From a virus (Duplodnaviria; Caudoviricetes): DNA of 39,089 nt. The position numbers and the translations under genes were made by a program. The stretch's first letter is position 1. Each line of letters opens with the position of its first letter. The notes under the pieces are model-generated. The model ran no database searches. It was not told the origin of the DNA and saw nothing but the letters and a program-made list of their open reading frames with translations. This document shows positions 1 through 9,469 of this stretch, piece after piece. Location of the stretch: the IMG/VR virus record IMGVR_UViG_3300031841_001383, positions 1 to 39,089 of that record. One strand, given 5' to 3'.

Positions 1-1594
1 CTTTCGCTGCCTTTTCTAAGGGCAGTGCTTTATTATAACCGTATGACTTAGGTTCCCACATGTCAAACCTACACTTGCGACCCAGCCACGTTCTTATATG
101 ACCGTTGTTCTCGGCTTGCTTCATGGCAAGGTCAGCCATACCTTTTACGAACGGCACCTTATCGTGGTACTGACTCAACAATTCTTTCGCTTCTTCCTGC
201 GTGATGTCCATCACACCAGCCAGCTTGCCACGGCCCATGCCGTACATAATGCCAAGGTTGACTGTCTTCGCCTGCTTACGGCTGATGCCAGCTATGTCCG
301 CGACCATCTGGTGAAAATCAGCATCACCGTCTTGGTACATCTGCACCACGTCATCAATCTGTGGATGACGATTCGCACCTTTTAGTGTAGAACAATAGTG
401 GGCAAGCCAGCGTGGTTCCTGTGAGGCGTAGTCAAAAGAACCCCATTTACATCCCTCTTCTGGGATAAACAAACCACGGATCATCGCTTTGATTTCTGGG
501 TCTCTTGCCGGGATTTGCTGGAGGTTCGGGTTGGACGAAGAAAATCGTCCTGTGACTGTGCCCCCTTCATCTGAACGAAGAGGATTAAAATCACAATGGA
601 TACGACCATTATGCGAATGCTCAAGAATAGTTTCGATAAAGGTAGTGTTTGCTTTGTTAAACTCACGAAGGCGCACAATCTTCTGCGCCAGTGGGTGCTC
701 ATGATTCGCAAGAAATTGTTTTGTAAAGGACGGAGCATCCGTATTCTTTGTCCTCTCGTAGGTCAGCCCGACAGCGTCGAACGCCTTTGCTATAGATGTG
801 GCGACCCACGGTTCCACACTGACTTGGGTAAGATCCTTTATTTCAAGTAACAGTGCGTCTTCTCTGCGCTTCAGTTCCTTTTGAACTTGTTCAGCTTTAT
901 CTGTGTCAACCCTTACACCGCGTGTCTTCATGTCTAAAAGCACAGGCAGCAGGCTTGACTCAAGATCAAATATACCAGTGCACTCATCGTTGACAAGGTC
1001 ACCGCGTAGCCTGTCCCAAAGACGTAATGTCACCGCCGCATCTTGTTCGGCATACCGCCCAACAAACGTGGAGTCCAACTTCCACATGCCGCCTTTCGGG
1101 TCAACACCGTACATATCAGCCGCAGACTTCAGCATCTTTTCGTTCTTCCATTCGCCCAGATATTCACCGGACAAAGAGTTCAGATTGTAGTACCGCCTGT
1201 TCTCGTTCAGAAGTGGAGCAGCTATCATCGTGTCAATGATTTTGCCTTGTACTTCTATGCCTGCCCAACGCAACCAACCAAGGTCATACATACAGTTGTG
1301 CATAACCTTTTCTATGTGCGGTGTAGCCAGTTGCTTCTTCAACCAGTTGACAACCTTCTTCTCTGGCAGGTTGCCAGACTCATGGCGAACAGGAAAGTAA
1401 CCAACAAAATCTCCAGCGGCAACGGCATACCCTATGACATACCCGTCGTCACGACACCAGCCTGGGCCTAGTGTGGTCAGGTTCGGGTCTCTTGTTTCCA
1501 AGTCAATCGCTATTCTTTCACAGCCCGTCAGGTCTGGAAAGCTGGACGGCGGTAGCCAGCTTTCACTTTCTGGGTCAAACAGATCAACCTTCAT
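1..1594 (-). CDS. polA: DNA polymerase family A (3'-5' exonuclease plus polymerase); C-terminus lies beyond the window start
   Basis: Absent from the ORF track because it runs off the edge. Manual translation from ATG 1594 gives MKVDLFDPESESWLPPSSFPDLTGCERIAIDLETRDP (ExoI DxE), motif A FDYASQEPRWLAH, motif B RKQAKTVNLGIMYGMG and GHIRTWLGRKCRF. No N-terminal 5'-3' exonuclease. Confidence 0.96.
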   Translation of the reverse strand, partial: MKVDLFDPESESWLPPSSFPDLTGCERIAIDLETRDPNLTTLGPGWCRDDGYVIGYAVAAGDFVGYFPVRHESGNLPEKKVVNWLKKQLATPHIEKVMHNCMYDLGWLRWAGIEVQGKIIDTMIAAPLLNENRRYYNLNSLSGEYLGEWKNEKMLKSAADMYGVDPKGGMWKLDSTFVGRYAEQDAAVTLRLWDRLRGDLVNDECTGIFDLESSLLPVLLDMKTRGVRVDTDKAEQVQKELKRREDALLLEIKDLTQVSVEPWVATSIAKAFDAVGLTYERTKNTDAPSFTKQFLANHEHPLAQKIVRLREFNKANTTFIETILEHSHNGRIHCDFNPLRSDEGGTVTGRFSSSNPNLQQIPARDPEIKAMIRGLFIPEEGCKWGSFDYASQEPRWLAHYCSTLKGANRHPQIDDVVQMYQDGDADFHQMVADIAGISRKQAKTVNLGIMYGMGRGKLAGVMDITQEEAKELLSQYHDKVPFVKGMADLAMKQAENNGHIRTWLGRKCRFDMWEPKSYGYNKALPLEKAAK

Positions 1595-1868
1595 CGTTTA
1601 TAATCTCCCCACCCAACGCGGCGTATCCTATGATGTCCACCCATGAATCATCTTTGCTGATGTCCTCTGCCAAACGCGCCAGCTTCAGGCCCACCATACA
1701 GGCCACCACTTCTTCAGGTGTAATGTCTTCGTCCAGTTTTCTTGCCAAAATGATTGACCATATCTCTGCGATACGCATGTGGTTCAGCTTGGCGGGACCA
1801 TACTCCTTGGCCCTCGGACCGTTGATTAGTGTCTCGGCTGTGTCCAAGAAATGCTTTCTGTCTTTCAT
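1584..1868 (-). CDS. DUF6378-like phage protein
   Basis: INGPRAKEYG...IAEIWS...MVGLKLAR...DSWVDIIGYAALG pattern; overlaps both neighbours. Confidence 0.8.
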   Translation of the reverse strand: MKDRKHFLDTAETLINGPRAKEYGPAKLNHMRIAEIWSIILARKLDEDITPEEVVACMVGLKLARLAEDISKDDSWVDIIGYAALGGEIINDEG

Positions 1869-3379
1869 AATGCAAACCCATATTGTGATTGTGACTCGAT
1901 GATATGCAGAGCTTTCTTGGCACGAGTCATACCAACATAGAACGTACGAATCTCGCCGTCCTGATCTTCGCTTTCAGCGCAGGCCCTAGATGAATCTAAA
2001 AGAAGGGCGACGTTATCCGCCTCGCCACCCTTTGCTTTGTGTATTGTTGATATCTTGATCCTCGGCTTGTCCGTCAGGATCTTCTCCCCCCTCTGTCGGG
2101 CAGAGGTAATGTATATTCTCTCCCGCTCTGCCACTTTCAATACTTCGTACCAAGGCTTCTCTTTCAAGTCGCTGATAGAGAAGTTCTCTTTTACGTCGTC
2201 GAGAAGGTAGGGAATTTCGTTGTCGAGGGTGGCTAGTTTCTTCCTTCCAGATCTGACCACGATATCCGATTTCAATAACGTGGATAATATTTTCAGTTCC
2301 GTCGCTGTAGCTGTTAAACCTTTGCATAATTTAAGCCATACCTCTATTCCAGTTAGTACATTGGGTGAGATGGACCAACCAGAACCCTCGCGCCAGAACA
2401 GGTAACCCTGCTCCTTGAGGTCTGCTGCAATCTTGTTTGCGATGTAATTTGTTCGAGCAAGGATCAGCCACTCGCCGCTGTTTAGATTGAGGTCCATTAT
2501 GTCGTGATGCCAGACAACTTGCCCAGCCTCATTTACAGGGGACCACACTTTTGGCTGTCGCACAACCACTCGATTTACTAGAGAATCCGCAATGTTATAG
2601 ATGTTTCGCGGAAGACGATATGACTTATCTAACACCGTCTTATGATCAGATGCATTAAGAAAATCTCGCACGTCTACACCCATCCAAGAGTAGATGCACT
2701 GGTCATCATCACCTGCAAAATAGATGCGCTTTGCCCGTGGCTTCAACACCTCATGAACCATGCGCCACTGTAACGGGGCCAAGTCTTGTGCCTCATCGAC
2801 TATCAGGACCTCTAACCTCGGTCCTTCGCCCTGTGCTATAAAGCGTTCAATCATGTCTACAAAGTCAAGCTTACCTGTGTCGCGCTTATAATCGTGGAGC
2901 ACCTGCTCTGCAACTTTCACTTGCTGATAGTGCAGATTCCTGTTGTTGGTGTCACTGAATTGCTGTTCGAGACTGACCTCACGCACCCTAGCTAATTGGA
3001 TCATGGACAGATAAGCATCACCACTCCTGCCCGGAGAGAAGAGTTGCCCATCAGCCATTGTTAGAGAAGAGTTGGAAGAAAACTCTAACCCCAATATATT
3101 GCCAAGTTGCGCGAAGTCAGTCCCTCTGAGCACCTGCCCACGGCTGATACCCAGAAACTGAAAGGCCATTGAGTGTAGTGTACGAAACCAAACCATCTGG
3201 TCAGGGTTCATACTCAAAGCAGATGCCGCACGAGTCCGCGCTTCATCCGCCGCCTTACGGCTGAAGGACACGAACGCTATATCCTCCGGCCTTGTACCAT
3301 CTTCAAGTTCCTGCTTGACGATAGATATAAGCTTGGTTGTTTTGCCAGTGCCAGGTGGCCCAAAGATTGTAGTCTGCAT
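1865..3379 (-). CDS. UvrD/Rep-like superfamily 1 DNA helicase
   Basis: GPPGTGKTT, DEAQD, AGDDDQCIY, SYRLP, STIHKAKGGEADNV, YVGMTRAK motifs. Confidence 0.93.
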   Translation of the reverse strand: MQTTIFGPPGTGKTTKLISIVKQELEDGTRPEDIAFVSFSRKAADEARTRAASALSMNPDQMVWFRTLHSMAFQFLGISRGQVLRGTDFAQLGNILGLEFSSNSSLTMADGQLFSPGRSGDAYLSMIQLARVREVSLEQQFSDTNNRNLHYQQVKVAEQVLHDYKRDTGKLDFVDMIERFIAQGEGPRLEVLIVDEAQDLAPLQWRMVHEVLKPRAKRIYFAGDDDQCIYSWMGVDVRDFLNASDHKTVLDKSYRLPRNIYNIADSLVNRVVVRQPKVWSPVNEAGQVVWHHDIMDLNLNSGEWLILARTNYIANKIAADLKEQGYLFWREGSGWSISPNVLTGIEVWLKLCKGLTATATELKILSTLLKSDIVVRSGRKKLATLDNEIPYLLDDVKENFSISDLKEKPWYEVLKVAERERIYITSARQRGEKILTDKPRIKISTIHKAKGGEADNVALLLDSSRACAESEDQDGEIRTFYVGMTRAKKALHIIESQSQYGFAL

Positions 3380-4911
3380 TAGAACGGCACCTCACTGTCA
3401 AGCTCGATGCTTGGCACTTGGACCTCGGCATTGAACATCGGGACCCACCACACACGAGCGTTCTTCCAGTCTCCCTTCGTAGTTTTAAATTTTTTCTGAC
3501 CATTGGCGGTGCCGTTGTCGTTCAATTCTTTTAACCGCTCTTGAATCTGACCACGACTGTAACTGTCAAACTTCTGATTGCGTAGGTATTTAAGCAGTGC
3601 CTCTAGTTTAAAATAGGTCATCCCCTCTTCATCGTCCGTAAAGGGTTTGCCAAGTGCGATCTCTTCAAATGATTGTGCCTGTACCCGACCGTCACAGAAC
3701 GCTTCTAGCAGGTCCATGAACTGGCCTTTATAGGTAAGTTCTTCCGGTACATCTATCTCACTCATGCCGTCCATCAACATGGACACAACCTCTTGCCAGT
3801 CAGCCATCTTCATCATCGGAGGCATGACATGAATCTGTTCCATGCAGGCTTTCTGAAAACGCTGTGGTGTTTGCAGGTCATCGGTTGTCAGTTCAACACG
3901 GCGACCACCTACATCACAGAACCAGACAGGCGGTTCGGACTTAACCACACACAGACCAGTGATCTCCACATGCTGAACGTGGCTACCTATTCCACATGTC
4001 TTCGTTTTGCAGAGGCTTTTGTTGCAGAACGATTTGAGGGGTTCTTGGTCACAGGGGAAACCATATTCCTTCTTCTCGTGTTGAGACTGAATAGTGACGA
4101 TTTCAGAAGCTGGTAAAGGGGGCGCACAGTATTTGACATTAATTTCTTCAAGACGTTCTCTCCACTTCTCAGGCTGTTCTTTCTTGGCACCGACAGCGGC
4201 GGCGAACATAACTGTGTTGCGCGTACCCTCTGGTATGCCCTGACTAAACATATGCGACAGACACGGTGCCCACTGTTCAAACTCATTGACAGGTTCACCA
4301 AGCTGTAGCTTTTCAAAATCTTTGGGGTTGGTTCTTCTGGCTTCTACTATATCCAGAAATTCGGTAAGGTCCGCTTCGTCTCCGTCTTCTTTGACAGCGT
4401 AACGCATCGTCTGTTCCGCATCAAAGTACGGAAGGTTAATGAAGTTTCCAACATCGCCACGCTCGACAAGAATCTCTTCTTGCTTCGGGAATATTTCGCA
4501 GCCACCGTATCCAAGGTAGGCAGCAATTTCTGTGGCTTTGTCACGGAAAACACCTGCACTAAAAAATTCTGTAAAGAAGAAAAAGATGTGGGCACCACCT
4601 GACTTCGAGCGGCAGACCACACATGGAATATCGTTGTCACGCAGCTTCTTGTCAAGTGCAACAAGGTCGAGTGGATACTGGTCAATGTCCAGCGCACCGA
4701 ACTTACATTGATTGTTTTCGTTGATAGGTATAGAACCCACGCCATGCTTACCCTCAAGGTGTGCGACGATAAGTTCCAGTGTTAGTGGCTTCCGAACAAT
4801 GAATGACTTCGCCTTTTGTTTTCCAGCGCGTCTCTCATCTGATATTTGTGTCTGTCCATGTGCGGCAGTAAAGCCTTCAAACGCCGCCATGAACCGTTCA
4901 GCTTGGTTCAT
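3379..4911 (-). CDS. Archaeo-eukaryotic primase (AEP)-type primase with PriCT-like and Cys-rich domains
   Basis: ALDID (DxD), SKSGGAHIFFF, GNFINLPY motifs; EGTRNTVMF PriCT-1-like segment; Cys cluster C...C...C...C. Confidence 0.82.
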   Translation of the reverse strand: MNQAERFMAAFEGFTAAHGQTQISDERRAGKQKAKSFIVRKPLTLELIVAHLEGKHGVGSIPINENNQCKFGALDIDQYPLDLVALDKKLRDNDIPCVVCRSKSGGAHIFFFFTEFFSAGVFRDKATEIAAYLGYGGCEIFPKQEEILVERGDVGNFINLPYFDAEQTMRYAVKEDGDEADLTEFLDIVEARRTNPKDFEKLQLGEPVNEFEQWAPCLSHMFSQGIPEGTRNTVMFAAAVGAKKEQPEKWRERLEEINVKYCAPPLPASEIVTIQSQHEKKEYGFPCDQEPLKSFCNKSLCKTKTCGIGSHVQHVEITGLCVVKSEPPVWFCDVGGRRVELTTDDLQTPQRFQKACMEQIHVMPPMMKMADWQEVVSMLMDGMSEIDVPEELTYKGQFMDLLEAFCDGRVQAQSFEEIALGKPFTDDEEGMTYFKLEALLKYLRNQKFDSYSRGQIQERLKELNDNGTANGQKKFKTTKGDWKNARVWWVPMFNAEVQVPSIELDSEVPF

Positions 4912-4935
4912 AAGTTGCTCCGGGCAAGAGAGGAA

Positions 4936-4964
4936 GGGGGCAGGGTGTCATCGGCCCTGCCCCC
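4936..4964 (-). terminator. GC-rich hairpin, probable (leaky) terminator after the SSB-like gene
   Basis: Perfect 10-bp stem GGGGGCAGGG/CCCTGCCCCC with a 9-nt loop, followed on the minus strand by a pyrimidine run (ttcctctctt). Confidence 0.6.
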
Positions 4965-4970
4965 AACTGG

Positions 4971-5768
4971 TTAAAACGGTACGTCTGTGTCGTCAGTTGT
5001 GACTGTGTCAGTCTGACTGTCTTCACCTGTACTCATCTTAATCTCTCCAGCGCGGTACGAGTTGTACAAGTCACGCGCTTCCTGCAACGCAGGCATCGGC
5101 ACGGACTCCATCTCTAGCTGCTGAACTTGGTAGTTGAACCACGAACCTTTGTCGTTGGATTCCTGAGTGGATGTAAGCTTCCACGGAACTGCCCACATAG
5201 GTGGGTTGAACAGGCCCTTGGTTGGGTGCATGATCTTCAGACCAGCGCGACGTGTGTTCCACTGCTTTGCGATCTTCATTTGTGTCTTCTTCATGTCACA
5301 AATCATCTGCGTGGTCATGCCATTGTCATCGTACGCCAACACAAGAAACTGTGCGGACCGAACAAGTTCGTTGCCGTTTGGCAGCATTTCATTTGCACCG
5401 ACACGATTGGTCTGGCGAATGTCTGGGTTGTTGGCATCCAACTCACCCATAAATCCACCGCCATTTTCACGCAACTGGAACTCCAGAAACTTTGTGGTGT
5501 ACGCGCACATTAATACGTTCACACCTTCATCAGCTTCCCAAAACTCACCAGTTACGGTGTTGAAGATATCACCAGCGGATGCGCCTTTGATAAACTTCGG
5601 GTCAGTCTTTATTAACTGTGGTGACAGAGGCTGAAGAATCCGCAAGAACGGAATCTGCATATCATCTGCACTAATGGTTTCCATGCCCTGACCTGCCGCT
5701 TCGTACAGATCGTCCATGATATTAGCAACTGCTGTGCTTTCTTTTTTTACTACTGCTGCTTCAGCCAT
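4971..5768 (-). CDS. Putative single-stranded DNA-binding protein
   Basis: Sits in the replication module; IPFLRILQPLSPQ motif; SNDKGSWFNY OB-like strand; acidic tail ending DDTDVPF. Confidence 0.68.
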   Translation of the reverse strand: MAEAAVVKKESTAVANIMDDLYEAAGQGMETISADDMQIPFLRILQPLSPQLIKTDPKFIKGASAGDIFNTVTGEFWEADEGVNVLMCAYTTKFLEFQLRENGGGFMGELDANNPDIRQTNRVGANEMLPNGNELVRSAQFLVLAYDDNGMTTQMICDMKKTQMKIAKQWNTRRAGLKIMHPTKGLFNPPMWAVPWKLTSTQESNDKGSWFNYQVQQLEMESVPMPALQEARDLYNSYRAGEIKMSTGEDSQTDTVTTDDTDVPF

Positions 5769-5770
5769 CT

Positions 5771-6334
5771 TTAGCTCCTTGATATTTTAGCTTCAGTTCC
5801 AACAAATACACCGAACGTGTCGAAGTCTATTTCGCCACCACTCTCGATGCGGTTTTTTACCCACGCCTTCAGCGTCTGCGGATGGACGTGAGTTTTTTGT
5901 GCAGGTTCCAGACCCTGATTGCGGAGGTCATCGACGACAGCCCCAGCCATATTGTCTTCGCCAGACTTAAACGAAACAGTTACATCATTCTTGATAATGT
6001 CTCCTTCGCCAATAGAACGTAGCCATGTAAACGCTTCGTCCTTCTTGTCGTCGGCAATACGCGCATGAACAAACTGCCGCAAAGCAACCTTGTTGCCATC
6101 GACCGTAACAGAGTCCATGCCCATCTCCTGCATCAGGTTCGGGATGTCTTCTTCATTCACTTTACGTTTCTGGAATTTGAGGTCTTTCAGATATTGCTCT
6201 GCTTCTGCAATCTTCTGATCCACCTCCATTGATTGACGGATGAGATTGGACAAAGTACTGCCCTTCTCTCCGTCTACTTTGTCGAACTTATTGGCATCGA
6301 CTTCCTCATCAAATAGCGAAAACACATCGCTCAT
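5771..6334 (-). CDS. Conserved phage replication-module protein (coiled coil, HPQTLKAWVK motif)
   Basis: Start reassigned to ATG 6334 (MSDVFSLF), which follows the RBS aggag; adjacent to the SSB-like gene. Confidence 0.7.
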   Translation of the reverse strand: MSDVFSLFDEEVDANKFDKVDGEKGSTLSNLIRQSMEVDQKIAEAEQYLKDLKFQKRKVNEEDIPNLMQEMGMDSVTVDGNKVALRQFVHARIADDKKDEAFTWLRSIGEGDIIKNDVTVSFKSGEDNMAGAVVDDLRNQGLEPAQKTHVHPQTLKAWVKNRIESGGEIDFDTFGVFVGTEAKISRS

Positions 6335-6417
6335 CGTACAATCTCCTGTACTTTCTACGTTAAAGTTTAACCCCTTCGGGTGTGACGGAGAGTATAGACC
6401 CACTCCCCAGAGGTATG

Positions 6418-6564
6418 TCAAGCAGCTTTTTCTTGAGACGTTGCAGTCTTAACAATATGCGCCAATTCACCACTGACGCTCCTGTCGTTCTTCTCTGCTC
6501 GTGTCTTCAGAATTTTGTAAACGTCAATGTTCACTGCTACTGATTTCCACTTCGTGGTGTCCAT
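6418..6564 (-). CDS. Small ribbon-helix-helix (Arc/CopG-like) DNA-binding protein, 48 aa
   Basis: Not in the ORF track. MDTTKWKSVAVNIDVYKILKTRAEKNDRSVSGELAHIVKTATSQEKAA has a strand-helix-(RS)-helix pattern; RBS gagg upstream. Confidence 0.72.
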   Translation of the reverse strand: MDTTKWKSVAVNIDVYKILKTRAEKNDRSVSGELAHIVKTATSQEKAA

Positions 6565-6598
6565 GTTTGTTACCTCATACTTTCTGTGTTACCGTGTT

Positions 6599-6628
6599 AG
6601 TGTATCTCATATTTGATCGGGGGGTCAA
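6599..6628 (-). promoter_or_regulatory. Sigma70-like promoter for the RHH/replication operon
   Basis: TTGACC-N18-TACACT on the minus strand; contains an ATGAGA half-site. Confidence 0.5.
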
Positions 6629-6635
6629 GGGAAAA

Positions 6636-7187
6636 ATGAGACCAGCACATCAGGTTCGTGATGGTAAAAGATCTGAACTCATCGCCGCCTCTTGGTTGAT
6701 GTCCCAAAACTGCTATGTATACACTCCCTTCATTGAACAAGGCCCGATAGACCTCATTGCCCTCACCCCAAAAGGTGAATTACTTTTGTTTGACGTGAAG
6801 ACTGTGGGCCGTAGAAAGAACGGCTCAATAATTTCACGTCTGCTAACAGACATCCAAAAGAAACTGGGTGTCCGTCTTCTGTATGTGGACCTCGAAACTG
6901 GGTCCTGTGCCTTATACCCGTACCAGCTATCCCGCTCACCAGACAACAATGCCGTGAAATACGCCGAGCAACAGGCATCTAATCGTCACTTCGACGGGGG
7001 TCAAGTTCCAACCATTGCCGCGCTTCTTCGCCCAGCGTCTTCGCTGATAGATCAATCTTATTCCGAAGAGACTTCACAATGTGAACATCAACCGTGCCCT
7101 TTGTCATCAGGTCAACATACGTCACCGGATGATGCTGACCAATACGATGAGCACGATCCTCAGACTGAACCCGTGTCTCAAGATTAA
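6636..7187 (+). CDS. PD-(D/E)XK endonuclease-like protein
   Basis: Start reassigned to ATG 6636. GKRSELIAASWL...GPIDLIAL...LFDVKT fits E...D...D/ExK. The 3' end overlaps the helicase gene antisense. Confidence 0.72.
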   Translation: MRPAHQVRDGKRSELIAASWLMSQNCYVYTPFIEQGPIDLIALTPKGELLLFDVKTVGRRKNGSIISRLLTDIQKKLGVRLLYVDLETGSCALYPYQLSRSPDNNAVKYAEQQASNRHFDGGQVPTIAALLRPASSLIDQSYSEETSQCEHQPCPLSSGQHTSPDDADQYDEHDPQTEPVSQD

Positions 7188-8436
7188 AGTCATTGGCATA
7201 GTAGATCACGTTCGTTGCAGCCGTCAGTGTCAGGCCATAGCCAGCGGTCTGTGGGTTGGCAACGAAGAACCTTGCATCTCCAAACTGAAACTGTTTGATA
7301 GCTTCTTGTCTGTCAGCATCGGACGTATCACCGAAGTAATTGACCGTAGATCCTGGGCCATACTTTGACTCCAACACGACTGCTATCTTTCGTATGTCGT
7401 ACCGGAACCGAGACCAGATGATAACCTTACCCGACATCTCCTCAACTGTATCAAGCAGGGCATCAATGCGCTTAGTCGGGAACTCTACCAGTTCGCCATC
7501 GTCTGTCATCAGATGACCACACAGCACCTGTTGTAACCGCAGTAGTTGTGTCATGACCGCTGGCGCAGAGACCAGCTGTCCATCATCGAGCAAAGCAATA
7601 GCCGCTGTCTTGATGGAGTGATAGTACTGTATCTGTTCTTTTGTGCAGTACACTTCACGGGTGGTGTAAATCTTATCTGGCAAGTCAAGTGCTTCATCCT
7701 TGGTCACACGATAAGAAAAACCTGCCAGTTTATCCGACAATTCTTCTAGCATACGGTAGCCCACAATCTGCTGAAAGCTGTGCGAACCCATGCGCTGAGT
7801 CCGTGTGATAGCGTACCTACCTTGGAAGGCGTAGTAACTATCGAAGCCGAGCAGTCTTTTGTCCATGAATCCGCATTGTGCGTAGAGATCCATAGGCGAT
7901 TTAGTAACGGGCGATCCGGTAAGGATACGTTTGTACGTTGCACTCTGACCAAACTTAACCAAAGCTTTAGTCCGCTTGGCCTTGGGGTTCTTAATAGTTG
8001 TGCTCTCATCGACCGCAAGTAAGAAAGTCGAGCCTTGTGTAAAGAGATCCACATATTGAGAGACCTTCTTCGACGCTCCAAATCCTTCCACGTTGACCAG
8101 CAAGATGCGGAACTTATCACGCTTCTCAACCCCTTCGGATAGACGTTCTCTCTGAGTCTTGTTAGGGTTCGCACTCCACACATATATCTCAGGGTCAATG
8201 TCTTCTGGTAAATGAGTTGGTATTTCTGATACCTGCCAGTTTCGATAGACACCCTTCGGCGCAACGATGATTGCTGTGTCGATAAGCTTGTTGTCGTAGA
8301 GCCATGTGATGTTGTCGAGCAAGACCTTCGACTTGCCACACCCCATCTCCATGAAGTACCCAAAATTTTTGTGGTCGTATGACTTCTCAAGGGCAACCCG
8401 TTGGTGCTCATACGGTTCGGTTCTGTATCTAAACAT
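6979..8436 (-). CDS. SNF2-like superfamily 2 helicase
   Basis: MEMGCGKS, DESTTIKNP, LTGSP, GYGLTLT, QSEDRAHRIGQ motifs. Confidence 0.93.
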   Translation of the reverse strand: MFRYRTEPYEHQRVALEKSYDHKNFGYFMEMGCGKSKVLLDNITWLYDNKLIDTAIIVAPKGVYRNWQVSEIPTHLPEDIDPEIYVWSANPNKTQRERLSEGVEKRDKFRILLVNVEGFGASKKVSQYVDLFTQGSTFLLAVDESTTIKNPKAKRTKALVKFGQSATYKRILTGSPVTKSPMDLYAQCGFMDKRLLGFDSYYAFQGRYAITRTQRMGSHSFQQIVGYRMLEELSDKLAGFSYRVTKDEALDLPDKIYTTREVYCTKEQIQYYHSIKTAAIALLDDGQLVSAPAVMTQLLRLQQVLCGHLMTDDGELVEFPTKRIDALLDTVEEMSGKVIIWSRFRYDIRKIAVVLESKYGPGSTVNYFGDTSDADRQEAIKQFQFGDARFFVANPQTAGYGLTLTAATNVIYYANDFNLETRVQSEDRAHRIGQHHPVTYVDLMTKGTVDVHIVKSLRNKIDLSAKTLGEEARQWLELDPRRSDD

Positions 8437-8643
8437 TTACGGCCTCGGCAACTTAACAACATTGTCTCTTTCAAATCCTGTCAAAAGGATCTCAAGTTCT
8501 TCGTCACTTGCCGAGGGAATAAACTCACGATATTTCTTTATCGCTTGTTCTAAATTTATCTTTCCGTCGCAATACTGATCACATACATCAAACATTTGCT
8601 GTGTCTCAGGCGACATCTCCTCTTTAATTTTCTTCGTCATCAT
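8437..8643 (-). CDS. Hypothetical protein
   Basis: Likely start MMTKK at 8643 after ggagg; abuts the helicase start. Confidence 0.55.
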   Translation of the reverse strand: MMTKKIKEEMSPETQQMFDVCDQYCDGKINLEQAIKKYREFIPSASDEELEILLTGFERDNVVKLPRP

Positions 8644-8863
8644 CCATTCCTCCAGCGAGAATCGCATACTTAGCATTCTCAAGGTAATATATAATCTCAG
8701 CAGGGTCAGGCTGGGTAGTCATCATCTTGATTGTCCCGTCCTCTGCTTCGCCCAAAATAACTACGTCCTTTAACATCTGTCCTGCGACCTCGCACACCGT
8801 AGGCACGGGGTCTTTTTTAAACACAAGTTTACTGTGCAGATAAACCACATTATCTTTTGACAT
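8624..8863 (-). CDS. Hypothetical phage protein
   Basis: Tightly packed ORF in the operon; acidic C-terminus. Confidence 0.65.
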   Translation of the reverse strand: MSKDNVVYLHSKLVFKKDPVPTVCEVAGQMLKDVVILGEAEDGTIKMMTTQPDPAEIIYYLENAKYAILAGGMDDDEEN

Positions 8864-8865
8864 AA

Positions 8866-9234
8866 TCAGCCCTGTAAAATTCTATGCCATGCGGCACGGA
8901 CGTTGGCCTCTACCTCACCGCCCACGTCACCGCCATCAGTCAACCAATCTTCTATGACTTTATCAATGGTGGTCACCGCTTCTTGCCACTTCATCCTCGG
9001 TTCTTTGGATGCGATTGTGGCTTCATCTGGCATCAGATGTGTTTCCATATCAGACTCCTCGTTACTATCTGTTATCCTATCAGATATCATCCAACTGTCA
9101 ACAATCTCAAGCCCACATACTGGGCAAGCAATGCTCCCATCCATCTTGTTAAGAGATAAATTACCGGAGCATTTGGGACAACGGCCTGCGTCCAACGGCA
9201 TTTGCATATCATCAATGATATCTTGGTTCATCAT
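8866..9234 (-). CDS. Zinc-ribbon-containing hypothetical protein
   Basis: CPKC...CPVC; start reassigned to MMNQD after gaggagg. Confidence 0.6.
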   Translation of the reverse strand: MMNQDIIDDMQMPLDAGRCPKCSGNLSLNKMDGSIACPVCGLEIVDSWMISDRITDSNEESDMETHLMPDEATIASKEPRMKWQEAVTTIDKVIEDWLTDGGDVGGEVEANVRAAWHRILQG

Positions 9235-9469
9235 CTTCCTCCTCCTCTTTTCCAATAATGTTTTGATTAGCAACCATCATTGCCGCTGCTAGAATCTGAG
9301 TAGCTATGATGGGACTTTTCCTGTTGCCCGTGATAGCCAGACACATACCTGCGGACAGCAACAAATAGGCAGCGTAATCCTGATCCACTTCCAATTCGCA
9401 GAGTGTGGCAATGGTGTCGCTGATAATTTCAGACGCAGCTTCAGCCAGCTTTTCATCCTGTATCTTCAT
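9212..9469 (-). CDS. Hypothetical protein
   Basis: ATGA overlap with the upstream gene; RBS gagg. Confidence 0.6.
   Translation of the reverse strand: MKIQDEKLAEAASEIISDTIATLCELEVDQDYAAYLLLSAGMCLAITGNRKSPIIATQILAAAMMVANQNIIGKEEEEDDEPRYH

Noticed and set aside
98-1902. Multiple short ORFs at the window start
   Set aside because: They overlap the PolA and DUF6378-like genes, whose motifs are clear on the minus strand.
6392-6421. Promoter TTGACA...TATACT upstream of the 6334 gene
   Set aside because: The spacer is 19 bp, so it is plausible but too weakly supported to list as a feature.
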